Part shown: positions 51,455 to 62,293 of the stretch, piece by piece
Layout of the letters: every line of letters begins with the position of its first letter
Position numbering within the stretch: position 1 is the stretch's first letter
Assembly (NCBI GenBank): GCA_963708295.1
Contig: CAVPSJ010000004.1
Location: forward strand, 128,001-192,000
From: an uncultured delta proteobacterium
GTDB taxonomy: Bacteria > Desulfobacterota > BSN033 > UBA1163
Direction: 5' to 3'
Length of the DNA: 64,000 nucleotides
Position numbers and translations under genes: made by a program
The notes under the pieces: generated by a model
The model's input: the letters and a program-made list of their open reading frames with translations, nothing else
The model's database searches: none
Told to the model about the DNA's origin: nothing

Positions 51455-52429
51455 ATGAAACGCTTCATTTTTATTTTGGGTTTCTTACTTCTTGTTGATG
51501 TCGTGTTCGTCGGGACAGCCAACCTTCAGGCTCAACCCTACCCCGCCCATCCGATTCAACTTGTCATCCCGGGGGCCCCCGGAGACGCTGTGGATATTGC
51601 TGCTCGATCCGTAGCGGATGAATTGGCGAAAATCCTAAATATTCCAATTATCCCTCTTAATAAACCGGGCGGAGGGTCCATCCTGGGAACCGAATTTGCA
51701 GTGAAGAGCAAGAAAGACGGATACACCCTTCTCTATGCCCTCAGCTCCGGTCTCATCTACAATCCTGCAATGAACCCTGAATCGGTCCCTTATGATCCCA
51801 TTCGAGACCTCGAACCGCTGGGGATGCACGTCAACTTTCCTACGGTGATCTCTGTCGGAGCCGACTCTCCCTGGAAGCATTTTTCGGAAATCGTCGAATA
51901 CGCTCAAAAGAATCCTGGAAAATTCCGCTGCGGCACATTGGGTGTGGGCTCTATTAACCATTTTCAATTGGAGATCATTAAGTCCATGACCAATACCGAT
52001 ATCACCATGATTCCTTTCAAGGGAGCCTCGCCGGCGATGACGGCCCTGTTGGGAGGTCACATCGAATCGGCATTTGTTGCAGTCGTTCTCTCCGTACCTC
52101 ATTACCAGTCAGGAAAACTGAGAGGAATCCTTCTGGACTATAAAGTGGCCGCTCTGCCGGACATCCCCACCCTGAGAGACCTGGGTTATTCACAGGATCT
52201 CCCGGTTTCATTTTTCGGATTCTTTGCACCCGCCGGGATTCCGGACGAAGCGAAAAAGGTTCTGGTCCCTGCAATCGAAAAAGCGATTAAAACCCCTGAG
52301 CTGACGGCGAAATTGCAGAAACTGTGGTATGTCACCAATTACAAATCACCCGCTGAACTAAAGCAAATGCTGAGCGAGAATTATGAAAAGGCTAAAAACA
52401 TCGCTAAAAAGATGCGCGTGAACAAATAG
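51455..52429 (+). CDS. Bug/TctC tripartite tricarboxylate transporter binding protein
   Basis: YP.HPI.LVIP..PG, NKPGGG, DGYTL, PFKG.SPA.TALLGGHI. Confidence 0.92.
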   Translation: MKRFIFILGFLLLVDVVFVGTANLQAQPYPAHPIQLVIPGAPGDAVDIAARSVADELAKILNIPIIPLNKPGGGSILGTEFAVKSKKDGYTLLYALSSGLIYNPAMNPESVPYDPIRDLEPLGMHVNFPTVISVGADSPWKHFSEIVEYAQKNPGKFRCGTLGVGSINHFQLEIIKSMTNTDITMIPFKGASPAMTALLGGHIESAFVAVVLSVPHYQSGKLRGILLDYKVAALPDIPTLRDLGYSQDLPVSFFGFFAPAGIPDEAKKVLVPAIEKAIKTPELTAKLQKLWYVTNYKSPAELKQMLSENYEKAKNIAKKMRVNK

Positions 52430-52479
52430 AAAGGGCTTGCTACCCCTCCGTCTTGAACAACCTCAAAGGAGGTTCATTC

Positions 52480-53472
52480 ATGAAGATCGACATTTTTACC
52501 CACGTCATGCTCCCTCGTTACAAGCAGGCGCTTTACAAGCACGCTGACAAATTTAGGACGGAGAAGGCGGTGCAGGACAGGCGTCCTGTTCTTACCGACG
52601 TTGAAGCACGGCTCCGTAAGATCGAGCCGTATCCGGACATGGTTCAGGTCCTATCCGCGACCATGCCACCGGTTGAGGAAGTGGTCGGCCCTCAAGAGGC
52701 CGCGGAGCTGGCTCGAATATGTAATGATGAGATCGCTGAGCTCATCACGAAGGTTCCGAAAAGATTCATTGCCGCCGTCGCCAATGTCCCTCTGAACAAC
52801 ATGGATATCGCCGTGAAGGAAGCGGAACGGGCGATCAAGGAGCTGGGCTTCAAGGGGATCCAGATCCATACCCGGGTTCTCGGAAAGCCACTGAGTTCAG
52901 ATGAATGGATGCCTCTCTACAAGCTCATGGCTGACTTCGATCTGCCCATTCTGATCCATCCGATGCGAAGTTCAAATCAACCCGATTACCCAACCGAGAC
53001 TGTCTCCTACCATCAGATCTTTTCCATTTTTGGATGGCCTTACGATACGACCGCAGCCATGGCACGCCTTGTCTTTGCCGGCATCTTTGAAAAATTTCCT
53101 TCCATAAAATTGATCACACACCACTGCGGGGGGATGGTTCCTTTTTGCGCCACCCGGCTGGTGATTCATTACGACAATGGTCTTGAGCGCCTGGGCGCAA
53201 GGCATTTTCCAGGACTCACGAAACATCCGGTCGATTACTTCCGGATGTTCTACGGGGATACCGCGCTCAACGGCAATCCTTCCGCCCTCCGGTGTGGTCT
53301 CGATTTCTTCGGAGAAGATCATATCCTCTTCGGCACCGATATGCCCTACGACGTCGAAAACGGGGGAGTCTCGATCAGAGAGACGATCAAGGCCATCGAG
53401 GCCATGGGGGTATCGGATTCTGTCCGGACGAAGATTTATGAAGGCAATGCACGGAAGTTGTTCCGTCTCTAA
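52480..53472 (+). CDS. Amidohydrolase_2 family (ACMSD/LigW-like decarboxylase or hydrolase)
   Basis: IDIFTH, ILIHP, FGWPYDT, THHCGG, LFGTDMPYD. Confidence 0.9.
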   Translation: MKIDIFTHVMLPRYKQALYKHADKFRTEKAVQDRRPVLTDVEARLRKIEPYPDMVQVLSATMPPVEEVVGPQEAAELARICNDEIAELITKVPKRFIAAVANVPLNNMDIAVKEAERAIKELGFKGIQIHTRVLGKPLSSDEWMPLYKLMADFDLPILIHPMRSSNQPDYPTETVSYHQIFSIFGWPYDTTAAMARLVFAGIFEKFPSIKLITHHCGGMVPFCATRLVIHYDNGLERLGARHFPGLTKHPVDYFRMFYGDTALNGNPSALRCGLDFFGEDHILFGTDMPYDVENGGVSIRETIKAIEAMGVSDSVRTKIYEGNARKLFRL

Positions 53473-53561
53473 CAGATTGCTGGAAAATGACTATTTCTCA
53501 GACTGGTCAAGAATGCCCCTGCTGCAAAGCTCCCTTGCCTTCGCGCAGGTAGGCGAAATCC
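53473..53561. mobile_element. Degenerate MITE copy E
   Basis: CTAA|CAGATTGCTGGAAAA...GACTGGTCAAGAATGCCC..TGCAAAG directly after the amidohydrolase stop. Confidence 0.5.
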
Positions 53562-53564
53562 TTT

Positions 53565-53593
53565 GTAGGGAACGGTTTCAAACCGTTCCCTAC
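53565..53593. repeat. GTAG-type REP palindrome
   Basis: GTAGGGAACGGTTT-C-AAACCGTTCCCTAC perfect IR; degenerate copy at 48710-48736. Confidence 0.7.
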
Positions 53594-53643
53594 GACGCAC
53601 ACCGCAACAAGCTGAATCCGTTGAGTCCAAAATTTCCGTGACC

Positions 53644-56600
53644 CTATGAACGTCCTCGTCTGGATCGCCGGCAGATAAACCAGGTTTCTTCCCGGTTCAA
53701 GGCGGTCGGTTCTTTGAGCTCGACCGTGAAACCCGCTTCAGAAAGCAACCCCGTCACTTCTTCGATAGATCGAAAATACGGGTTGAGATGCAGCGTCTTC
53801 AGTCGCCATTCTTCAACCCGGCGCAGCCAGGGGACGGGTTTCCGAGAGGGGACGGTTGCCCGAAGGATCAGTTTCCCTCCCGGCACAACCTTATCATAGA
53901 GCCGCCGAAGCGTGAGCCTCAACTCCTCGTCGGAAATCAGATGAATCATATCGAGCATCAAGGCCGTATCCACCTGATCCGGGGTAGCCGCAGGCAGGTC
54001 GGGCGCTTTTCCAACAGCCGCAGACCCTCGATCTCCGAAAGCCCGGGCTGCAATCGCAACACGCCTGCGGTCGGGGTCGAGACCATAAACCTTTGCCTGG
54101 GGAAACAAAGACAGCAGCCAGACTGCCGGGACTCCGTACCCGCATCCGATGTCGATCACTTGACGGGGCGAATCAAGAAAACTTGCAAGCCGGGGGAACA
54201 TAGGGTCCAGGTGCATCTTGAACCTGGCGAAAAGTCGTGGATGGGGCTCCATGTGTCGGTAACGGCTCAACGCCCGGATCTGATGCTGCCTTGATCCCGG
54301 GACAATCTCTTCATGGGACCATCGCGTCGGGGACCATCGGATCGGCACAAAAACGTGTTTCAAAAGCGGGGGCGTAATGGCAACCGCACCCATAAAGGAA
54401 TATCCGATGCCCAGTGCCAAAGCGATGCCTACGTTCTTCAACAATGCATGACCTGATACCGCCAGGGCACCGAAACCCATGAACGTTGTGGCAAAACAAA
54501 GAAAAACCGACAGGCGGATCAGACCCAACGAAGGGTGATTCTCATCCATGTAACGCTGATAGGAACGAACCAGGTAAAAGGCATAATCCGACCCCATGCC
54601 GATAACGACCACTGCGACCATGAGGGTGGGAATACCCAGTGGCTCCCCGAGCAGGTTCAGGGTTCCAATCGTGCATATCAGCGCGAACAGAGTCGGAAGA
54701 ATGCCAATCAATGTCAACTGCCAATCCAGCAGGTAAAGGAAGGCAACCAGAAGGGTCATGATACCGACGATCAGGGTCATTCTGATGAAGCTCGACAGCA
54801 GGACATCGCCGAGTCTCTGGCTGAACAGACCTGGGTCAAACATTCCAACCCACCCTGTAAGCTTGAGGTTTTTGTAAAAGGCCTCACTTTGGTAGGCTGG
54901 CCCTGGAGTGAGGGTGGATATCTGGACCCAGTCTGAGCGGTCACGGCTCTTGGATATCCCGAGCAGGCCAAAAAAAGATTGGGGAATGGCCAGGGTTCCC
55001 ATTTCTTTTATCTTCACCAGAGCCAAGAAGGGTGCGAAGGCATCGGGTGCAAAACCCAGTTTGATCGAATCATGGACCAGGGCTTTCTGGAGGGCCGCCG
55101 TCCTCTCCGGCCGCCAGAAGGCCCGCCAGGCAGAAAAATTTTGCTCTGCCCGCTCTTTCCCGGGGAAAACCCGGGATGGCACGAAGGCAGAAGCGAGCGT
55201 GCCGGTCCTGACATCCTGATCCAGCAGGGCCGCGAGGAGGTCGCCTTTGTGCTGCAACTCCTCCACGTCCCGGCCTTCCACCATCACGTAGATTCTGCTA
55301 AAAAGATTTCCCCAAACGCCAGCCAAGAGTTTTTCCGCCTCCAATGTCTCCTTGCTGACCGAATTCATCGCATTAAGATCCACATGAAACACCGGGTTTG
55401 CAAAAAAAAGCAGAACCACGGCCAAACCGATGGCCCCATAAGCCCTTTTTTTGCCTGCGGATGTACCAATCCGGTTGGCAAGACGCTGCAAGGGCAGCAG
55501 GCTTTCGCCTCCTGCTGGCGGCAGGGTGGGAAAGATCACGGGGTAGATCAAATGAACAAAGAGGTAGGTAAAAAGGACGCCCAGGGCGGTAAACTCCCCG
55601 ATCTGGGCGAGGGCGGTAAAACCTGTGACGGCAAGAAAGGCAAAGCTGATTGCGGTAGTCAGCATGGCCAGAAGCCCCAAAGGCCAGACTTCTTTGGTCG
55701 CTTCCAGTCCGTGGGTTTCATGGGGACGGTCCAGAAACAGGAGATAGGTAATGCCATAATCGACGGTAAAAGAGATGATGGCGCTTCCGAATCCAATAGC
55801 CATCATGGTAATGGACGGATGAAACAGGGAATAGACGAAGAGGGCCAGCATGGTACCCGCCGCGGATGGCAGCAACGCCAGTAGTCCGATCAGGGGCCGC
55901 GGAAAAGCGAGCAGCAAAAGCATCATAATAGCAATGGTTGAGAAAAGGACGGCCCGTTTCGTACCCTGTTTCGTACTGGTTTCGTTATCCAGCGCAGCCC
56001 TGTAGGTGCCAGCCGGGGTCAGCGTCACAGGCTCGCGTCCTTCGTGGTTTTGATTCAGTTCCCGGTTGATCGCGTCGACCAGGGCAGTCACCTTCCGGGA
56101 AAAGGTTGTATCCATCCCGGAAATCAGAGGCTCGGCGATGATGAGAAGGTGTTTTTTGTCGGCTGACAAGAGGTATCCCCTAAAGATCTGAGCGTTCTGG
56201 GTAGGTGCCAGGTGTGACAACTGGGAGAAGATCAGAGTTCTCAGGTCCAATGGATCCTGGGCGATGAGTGCCGTCTGGCCCACGCTTTCCAAGCGGCCCA
56301 AGTGCGCGAAATGATCGGAGAGGGCTGCGCGGATTTTCGTCGGCTCCAGCAGGGGCTTCACTTCTTCTTCCAGTTCCTCTGCCGAGAATAGAACGGGCAG
56401 GCGAGCGGCAATGGAAAAGATGAGTTCCGGAATCAGCTGCTGTTCCTGATCCAGGCCGACGCGGGCGAAGAGACCACTTTGGCGCAGCCGCTTCTCAATG
56501 ACCGTAGCGGCATCCGCCAGTCCATCTGCGTCCGGTTCTGAACGGCCTACATCAATAACCACCCGGTCTTTCATCGGGTGGTTGGTGATCATCCGGCGGG

Positions 56601-56763
56601 CATCTGCCAGGACGGGATCACCCTGTGGCAGGGAAGCCGCGAGATCGGTGTCGAAGATAAGACGTTGCAGACCGATCACGAAGGCCCCCGTCACCGCCAG
56701 GAGAACCAGACCAATGAATGACCATCGCAGCTTGTATCGCTGAAGAAACATGGAGATCCGCAC
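53644..56763 (-). CDS. MMPL/RND-family exporter fused to class I SAM methyltransferase
   Basis: Two TM clusters with VDYG and GSDYA motifs; C-terminal IDIGCGYG, LDMIH, PGGKL. Confidence 0.88.
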   Translation of the reverse strand: MRISMFLQRYKLRWSFIGLVLLAVTGAFVIGLQRLIFDTDLAASLPQGDPVLADARRMITNHPMKDRVVIDVGRSEPDADGLADAATVIEKRLRQSGLFARVGLDQEQQLIPELIFSIAARLPVLFSAEELEEEVKPLLEPTKIRAALSDHFAHLGRLESVGQTALIAQDPLDLRTLIFSQLSHLAPTQNAQIFRGYLLSADKKHLLIIAEPLISGMDTTFSRKVTALVDAINRELNQNHEGREPVTLTPAGTYRAALDNETSTKQGTKRAVLFSTIAIMMLLLLAFPRPLIGLLALLPSAAGTMLALFVYSLFHPSITMMAIGFGSAIISFTVDYGITYLLFLDRPHETHGLEATKEVWPLGLLAMLTTAISFAFLAVTGFTALAQIGEFTALGVLFTYLFVHLIYPVIFPTLPPAGGESLLPLQRLANRIGTSAGKKRAYGAIGLAVVLLFFANPVFHVDLNAMNSVSKETLEAEKLLAGVWGNLFSRIYVMVEGRDVEELQHKGDLLAALLDQDVRTGTLASAFVPSRVFPGKERAEQNFSAWRAFWRPERTAALQKALVHDSIKLGFAPDAFAPFLALVKIKEMGTLAIPQSFFGLLGISKSRDRSDWVQISTLTPGPAYQSEAFYKNLKLTGWVGMFDPGLFSQRLGDVLLSSFIRMTLIVGIMTLLVAFLYLLDWQLTLIGILPTLFALICTIGTLNLLGEPLGIPTLMVAVVVIGMGSDYAFYLVRSYQRYMDENHPSLGLIRLSVFLCFATTFMGFGALAVSGHALLKNVGIALALGIGYSFMGAVAITPPLLKHVFVPIRWSPTRWSHEEIVPGSRQHQIRALSRYRHMEPHPRLFARFKMHLDPMFPRLASFLDSPRQVIDIGCGYGVPAVWLLSLFPQAKVYGLDPDRRRVAIAARAFGDRGSAAVGKAPDLPAATPDQVDTALMLDMIHLISDEELRLTLRRLYDKVVPGGKLILRATVPSRKPVPWLRRVEEWRLKTLHLNPYFRSIEEVTGLLSEAGFTVELKEPTALNREETWFICRRSRRGRS

Positions 56764-57211
56764 CCATTAGGAGCAGTTGTCACTACGTTCCCCGCGACGG
56801 GTCTCGGTTCCCTTATGGGAGGAGTCTTGTCAGCGGGGCTGCGCCGGAAATTTTCGGCCTCAAAATAGCACATCTTGTGGAAGCCGGCAATAGTTCTTCT
56901 CATCTTGCCCTGCCCAGGCTTTTGTGCCGCCCCATCTTATCCCTGAAGAGGCTTCATCGGCCCAAACCGCTTCAGGGTTCGCTGCATGAGCTTGAAAAGA
57001 AGAGAGTAGGTCCCAATGTCATTACGGGCTTGATCCAGTTTGCCTTCAACCCGGGCCTTATGAAGCCTTGGAGGGGATCTACCCTGGGCGCAGGCAAGGA
57101 AAAGCCCGGGTGTGGGCAAGTTCCTGCCACCGGTTGACAGGCATAACGTGAAAAATTAGAATTGGCAAAGGCAGATAGCGCTTGGACCGTTCAAGTTGTC
57201 TGCAATATCCC

Positions 57212-58432
57212 ATGAGCCGTTTCCGTACCATAACCATCCTGTTCGTCCTGACCGCTTTGGGTGCGGGTTTAAGCCTCGCAGGCCCGATTCGCTGGCTTGT
57301 TCTCGGACTATGGGTCGCTGCATATCTTGTCGTTTTCATCCTTGGTGTATCTGTGCTGAGATTCGATTTTTTCGTCGCGACCGCCTGCCGCGGTGACTCA
57401 ACCGAAAAGCGCGTCGCTCTGACTTTTGATGACGGACCAGACCCGGAGGCAACCCCAAGTCTCCTGGAAGTCCTGAGACGCCATAAGATCAAGGCTGCCT
57501 TTTTCCCCGTGGGGACGAAAACCAGGGATTATCCGGAAATGATCAAACGGATCGACCAGGAAGGTCATATTCTCGGGAACCATTCATTTAGACATGTCTG
57601 GTGGACCAATTTCTTGATTTCAGGGGCACTCGACCGAGAAATTGGAATGGCCCAGGAAGCGATTGCCACTGCCATCGGTAAAGTTCCAGCTTATTTCCGC
57701 CCTCCCATGGGCCTGACCAATCCACATCTCAGGAGAGCGTTGAAGAAACATGGGCTGTCAGTGGTAGGCTGGGACGTCAGGCCTTTTGACACGACGGCCA
57801 GCGCCGAGAAGGTGACCGAAAGGGTGCTCAGGAGGATACGTAACGGAAGCATCATCGCCCTCCACGACACGGGACGGGGGCCCGCCGAATTGGCGCGTTT
57901 AGCCGAAGAACTTGTGACCAAGATCAAGGAACGAGAATACACATTCAGTGGACTTGAAGAACTGACCGGCGTCAGAGCTTATCAGACAACGGAAGGAGTG
58001 GACATGCCAAAACCCACTCCTTTCATCCCCTCCATGGATCAATCCGAAGGAGGCGGGAAACGGGGTGGTTTCTGGTGGTTTTTGGCCCAAAAACTGGCTT
58101 CCACCGCTTACGTAAAGAGAGCCATCGAGAAACAGGCAACGTTGGATTGTTTCAAGGCCACCCCCTCGCCCAGACTCCTGTTTGGCGTGGGTATGGTTCT
58201 ATTCAGTTTCGTCATAGGATGGCCCATGGTCGCGCTGTTTGGCGTTCTGTCGGCCTATTCCCATACCCCGGCCTTGCTCATATTGGGCGCGGCTTTTTAC
58301 GGGTTCTCCCATTTGGTATGGATGTTCGGAATGTATCTGGCCGGGCGAAATTGCATTCAATATGCCGATGCTGTGCTCAGCTGGATTCTTCGCAAGGCAG
58401 TAGAAAAGGCTCTATTTACTAAACGGACCTGA
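57212..58432 (+). CDS. Polysaccharide deacetylase (NodB) with membrane anchors
   Basis: LTFDDGP, GNHSFRH, FRPP.G, ALHD. Confidence 0.9.
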   Translation: MSRFRTITILFVLTALGAGLSLAGPIRWLVLGLWVAAYLVVFILGVSVLRFDFFVATACRGDSTEKRVALTFDDGPDPEATPSLLEVLRRHKIKAAFFPVGTKTRDYPEMIKRIDQEGHILGNHSFRHVWWTNFLISGALDREIGMAQEAIATAIGKVPAYFRPPMGLTNPHLRRALKKHGLSVVGWDVRPFDTTASAEKVTERVLRRIRNGSIIALHDTGRGPAELARLAEELVTKIKEREYTFSGLEELTGVRAYQTTEGVDMPKPTPFIPSMDQSEGGGKRGGFWWFLAQKLASTAYVKRAIEKQATLDCFKATPSPRLLFGVGMVLFSFVIGWPMVALFGVLSAYSHTPALLILGAAFYGFSHLVWMFGMYLAGRNCIQYADAVLSWILRKAVEKALFTKRT

Positions 58433-58701
58433 TGGATTATAATGCCAAGAAATTATCTAGCTTAGAAAACGAACCCTCCGCGCTCTAAGGCGGCCAGCCT
58501 TTATCTGATTGATCATCTCCGGTTTTTTCCGGTAGATAGCCAAGCGCGCTTCACCCCTGACGCGCGGATCTTTTAACGCGATGACCTATTTCAAAAGAGA
58601 AACTCGACGTGTGTCTCCCCCCTCCCTGTCCCGGAGGGGGAATGGTGAGGGGGTCAAAATCGTTAGAATGAAATTCTGAGAAGACATCTATGGTGTGATG
58701 A

Positions 58702-58965
58702 ATGAGTGAAGACGAAGTATTCAAAAAGGTCTCTGAGTATTTGGTGAATCAATTTGAGATTCCTCCGGAGAAGATAAGTCCTGGGGCCCACCTCTTTAAA
58801 GACCTCGGGATGGACAGCATTGACGCTCTGGATTGGTTCGCCGCGATGCAGTCCCAAATCGGTCTTCCGATTATCGAAAAAGAACTCAAGATGATAAGAA
58901 CCGTCCAGGACGTGGTGGACTATTGGGTCCGGAATTTGAGCCGAAATGGAGATACCTCAGGATAG
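58702..58965 (+). CDS. Acyl carrier protein
   Basis: DLGMDSID. Confidence 0.88.
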   Translation: MSEDEVFKKVSEYLVNQFEIPPEKISPGAHLFKDLGMDSIDALDWFAAMQSQIGLPIIEKELKMIRTVQDVVDYWVRNLSRNGDTSG

Positions 58966-59335
58966 ATGGCTGCCCCTGAACGAGCTCCGGATAACCCACG
59001 AAGGGCGTTGGGAATCGAAGGCGCGAATCGGGGCATCTTCAGAATGGTTCTCAGGTCACTTCGATGATTGCCCCCTGCTGCCCGGCGTAGCACTCCTGGC
59101 TATGGCGGCTGAAACGGTAAAAAGACAGGGGCGCCAACAGGGACGTTTGCTTGAGGTTTCAGGGTTCTCCGGCGTCAGGTTCAGGCGCCTGGTTTTCCCC
59201 GGGGAGGAACTCCTCGTTTCAGTCGGCGCCATGCCCCCAGGCACGGAGGCAAAGCTCGATTTTCAGGTGACCTGCCATGGCAATCCGGTTGTCCTCGGTG
59301 TACTGAAAGTCTCCGAAGAATCCGACGGCGGGTGA
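58946..59335 (+). CDS. FabA/FabZ-like hotdog dehydratase
   Basis: WFSGHF...PLLPGV, VRF.RLV.PGE. Confidence 0.82.
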   Translation: MEIPQDRWLPLNELRITHEGRWESKARIGASSEWFSGHFDDCPLLPGVALLAMAAETVKRQGRQQGRLLEVSGFSGVRFRRLVFPGEELLVSVGAMPPGTEAKLDFQVTCHGNPVVLGVLKVSEESDGG

Positions 59336-59342
59336 GGAAACG

Positions 59343-59603
59343 ATGGAAGCGCTCCTGCAGGAACTGAAAAGAAAGATCGTGGAAGAACTTGATCTCAAGG
59401 ATGTCACCCCGAACGATCTGGCGGATGATACCCTTTTTTTCGACGGGGGCCTGGGATTGGATTCGGTGGATCTGATGATCCTCGTCGCCCTCGTGGACAG
59501 AGACTACGGGGTGGAGATCTTCAACCGTGAGCTGGGAGAGAAGGTTTTCATTACTCTCTCTACCCTGGCGGAGTACATCATGACGCATCGGAAAAAGGGA
59601 TAA
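59343..59603 (+). CDS. Acyl carrier protein (aryl-polyene-type)
   Basis: GLGLDSVD. Confidence 0.88.
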   Translation: MEALLQELKRKIVEELDLKDVTPNDLADDTLFFDGGLGLDSVDLMILVALVDRDYGVEIFNRELGEKVFITLSTLAEYIMTHRKKG

Positions 59604-59719
59604 AAGGTGCGATCGGGGCTTACAGGACTTGAGACAGAACAGGCTGCTTCCGCTCCGGTCGGCTACGTTAAGGATGAGACGGAGCGGGTTTCACGCAGTT
59701 TCAATAAGGAGGCGCACCG

Positions 59720-61356
59720 ATGATGAATAGACCCTGGCTCAAACAGTATGAAAAACACGTTCCTCATTCCATCCCCTACCCTGAAATTTCTGTCCACCGT
59801 CTCCTGTTGGATACGGTTGCCAAACACCCGGGTGACATTGCAATCTCATTCAATGAGATGCAAATTCCCTACAAGGAGCTAAACGTCCGGGTAAACATGT
59901 TCGCCCACGCCCTCCAGAAGGCCGGAGTGGAGAAGGGGGACAGGGTCGCCCTGCTCTTGGTGAACTCTCCCGTCTATGTGATCGCCTTCTTCGCTATTCT
60001 GAAGATCGGGGGTGTTGTAGTCAACCTGAGCGTAGGGATTCAGGGCGAGGAGCTGATCCGCTGCTTGAGCGAATCGGGAGCCGGGGTGGTGGTCACCATG
60101 GACCTGTTTGCCCAAAATATCTATAAGGTGATTAAGAGCACGAAGGTGAAAACCGTTATTCTCCATTCTGTGATGGGACTGGAGAAGAAGATGCACTTCG
60201 AGGAAGGAGCCCCTCAACCCCAACCTTTTCAGGAAGTGCTCGCTGCGGCTCGAAACACGGAGGAACCGGCGGTTCAGGTCTCTCCCGGAGATGTGGCGGT
60301 GCTTCAATATACCAGCGGCTCTACGGGAGCCCCCAAGGCAGCGACCTTGACCCACTCCAATCTCGTTGCCAGCGTCCTTCAGTCTGACCGCATGGATGGG
60401 GATGAGTGCAGGGAATGCCGCGGTCATGTGTGTCATCCCCTTCTTCCACGTTTTTGGAATGTCGGCCTGTCTCCTGCTCTCTGTGTTCAAAGGATACAGA
60501 ATGGTCCTTCTCCCCCGGATCGATCTGATGGATATTCTCTCCCTGATGAAGATCATAGAAACCCACCGGCCTATCTCTTTTCCGGCCGTGCCCAGCCTGT
60601 GGGCGGCCATCCTGTCTCTTCCTCCTGAGAAGGCCAGGGATCAGATTTCCTCCATTCAGGTAGCAACGAGCGGAGGGGCATCCCTGCCGCCCTGGGCCCA
60701 TGAAAAGTTTGAGACCCTCACCGGAAGAAAGATGATGGAGGCCTACGGTCTCTCTGAAGCCTCCTCAGCCACTCATTTTACCCCTTATCCCCGTGGGGGC
60801 CCCAAGGGCTCGATCGGGGTTCCCCTTCCGGACACAGAAGCCAGGATTATGGACATTGAAACCGGAGAGAAGGAGTGCCCGGCGGGCGAGATCGGTGAAC
60901 TCGTGGTCAAAGGACCCCAGATCATGCGGGGATACTGGAACAACCAGGATCTTACATCGGCAGCCTTGCGTAAGGGTTGGTTCTACACAGGGGACCTGGC
61001 CCGAATGGATCAGGACGGATTCTTTTACATTGTGGACAGGAAAGATGACCTCATCATCTCCAGCGGATTTAACGTCTATCCCAGTCAGATCGAGGAAGTC
61101 CTGGAGAAACATCCCAAGATCAAGGAAGCTGCGGTGATCGGGCGCTCCTGACCGGATCAAGGGGCAGGCCATTGTGGCAGTCATCGTCTTGAAGGAAGGC
61201 GTGCAAGGGGACAAAGAGGAGTTCCTCACCTACTGCAAGGAGAACATGCCAGACTACAGGGTGCCCAAAACCATCCTCTTTCGCGATGCGATCCCGCGGA
61301 ATCCGGCGGGAAAGATCCTGAAGAGGGTATTAAAGCGAGACTTTCAGCCGGGCTGA
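59720..61356 (+). CDS. Long-chain fatty acid-CoA/AMP ligase (2 frameshifts)
   Basis: YTSGSTGAPK, YGLSE, GPQIM.GYW, TGD, DRKDDLI, GKIL across three frames. Confidence 0.9.
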
Positions 61357-61362
61357 GAAAGA

Positions 61363-62232
61363 TTGATGAAAGCTTCCATTCATCATGCGGTCATCAGGGT
61401 TTCGCTTCTCCTGGGATCTTGGCCCATCCGATTTTTCGCCTGGTGGATCGCCACAGGATACTTCCTGTTTCGTTCTTCGCGAAGGAGATCCAATATCCGC
61501 CTTTATCAGGTTATTTTCCCCGAAAGATCGGGGTTGTACTATCTTTATTGCACCTGGCGCCAGTTTCATTCCTATGCAGCCACGTTTGGGGAGCGGATTG
61601 ACCTCGATAGAAGAACAGAGCTAACCACTTCCATCCAGGGACAGAAGAATTTGGTAGAGGTGGCGAGAAGGGGGAGCGGAGGAATTATCCTGATGTCCCA
61701 TCTGGGCAGTTTCGAGATTGCAGCCCACGCGTTTGGAGAACTCGGGCTCAGGCTCCTCCTGATCATGGGCGAAAAGGAAGCCAAACAGGTCGCCCGCGAT
61801 CAGCGCGAGGCCATGAAGGCGCGAGGCATCCATATCCAGGTCGCCACGCCAGGAGAGGATTTTCTCTTCGGCGGGGTGGAAGCCATCAAGTTCGTGAGAG
61901 AAGGAGGGTTCGTCTCTGTTGCCGGGGATCTTGTTTGGACCGAACAGCGCTCACGTCTCCCTGTGAGTCTCTTTGGTCATGAGGTGGGCCTTTCTGCAGG
62001 TCCTCATCTCCTGGCCCTGGTTTCAAACGCACCCCTCTTCACTATGTTCACCTTTCGAGTTGAAAAAGGAAAACATCTGATCATCATGTCTCCTCCGAGG
62101 GAGGTGAAGGCAACATCCCGTTCCGAACGAAGCGCGGCCCTTCAGGCGAGCGCGCAGGCATACGCCAGTGCTCTGGAAGAGATGGTGCGCCAGCACCCTT
62201 TCCAGTGGTACATCTTTGAGCCATTTTTTTGA
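61363..62232 (+). CDS. LpxL-like lysophospholipid acyltransferase
   Basis: SHLGSFE (HxxxxE), C-terminal P.QWY.F. Confidence 0.85.
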   Translation: MMKASIHHAVIRVSLLLGSWPIRFFAWWIATGYFLFRSSRRRSNIRLYQVIFPERSGLYYLYCTWRQFHSYAATFGERIDLDRRTELTTSIQGQKNLVEVARRGSGGIILMSHLGSFEIAAHAFGELGLRLLLIMGEKEAKQVARDQREAMKARGIHIQVATPGEDFLFGGVEAIKFVREGGFVSVAGDLVWTEQRSRLPVSLFGHEVGLSAGPHLLALVSNAPLFTMFTFRVEKGKHLIIMSPPREVKATSRSERSAALQASAQAYASALEEMVRQHPFQWYIFEPFF

Positions 62233-62293
62233 TCCCCACGATATGATAAAAGAGAGTCCAACCATCAAGAAGAATGGAGTTGAGAGAGTTGAG

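Noticed and set aside
32802-61151. Other premature TGA stops (ino1 32802, TRAP permease 35803, response regulator 51096, acyl-CoA ligase 61149) as selenocysteine
   Set aside because: Homology resumes in a different frame, so these are indel-derived stops, not at Cys positions
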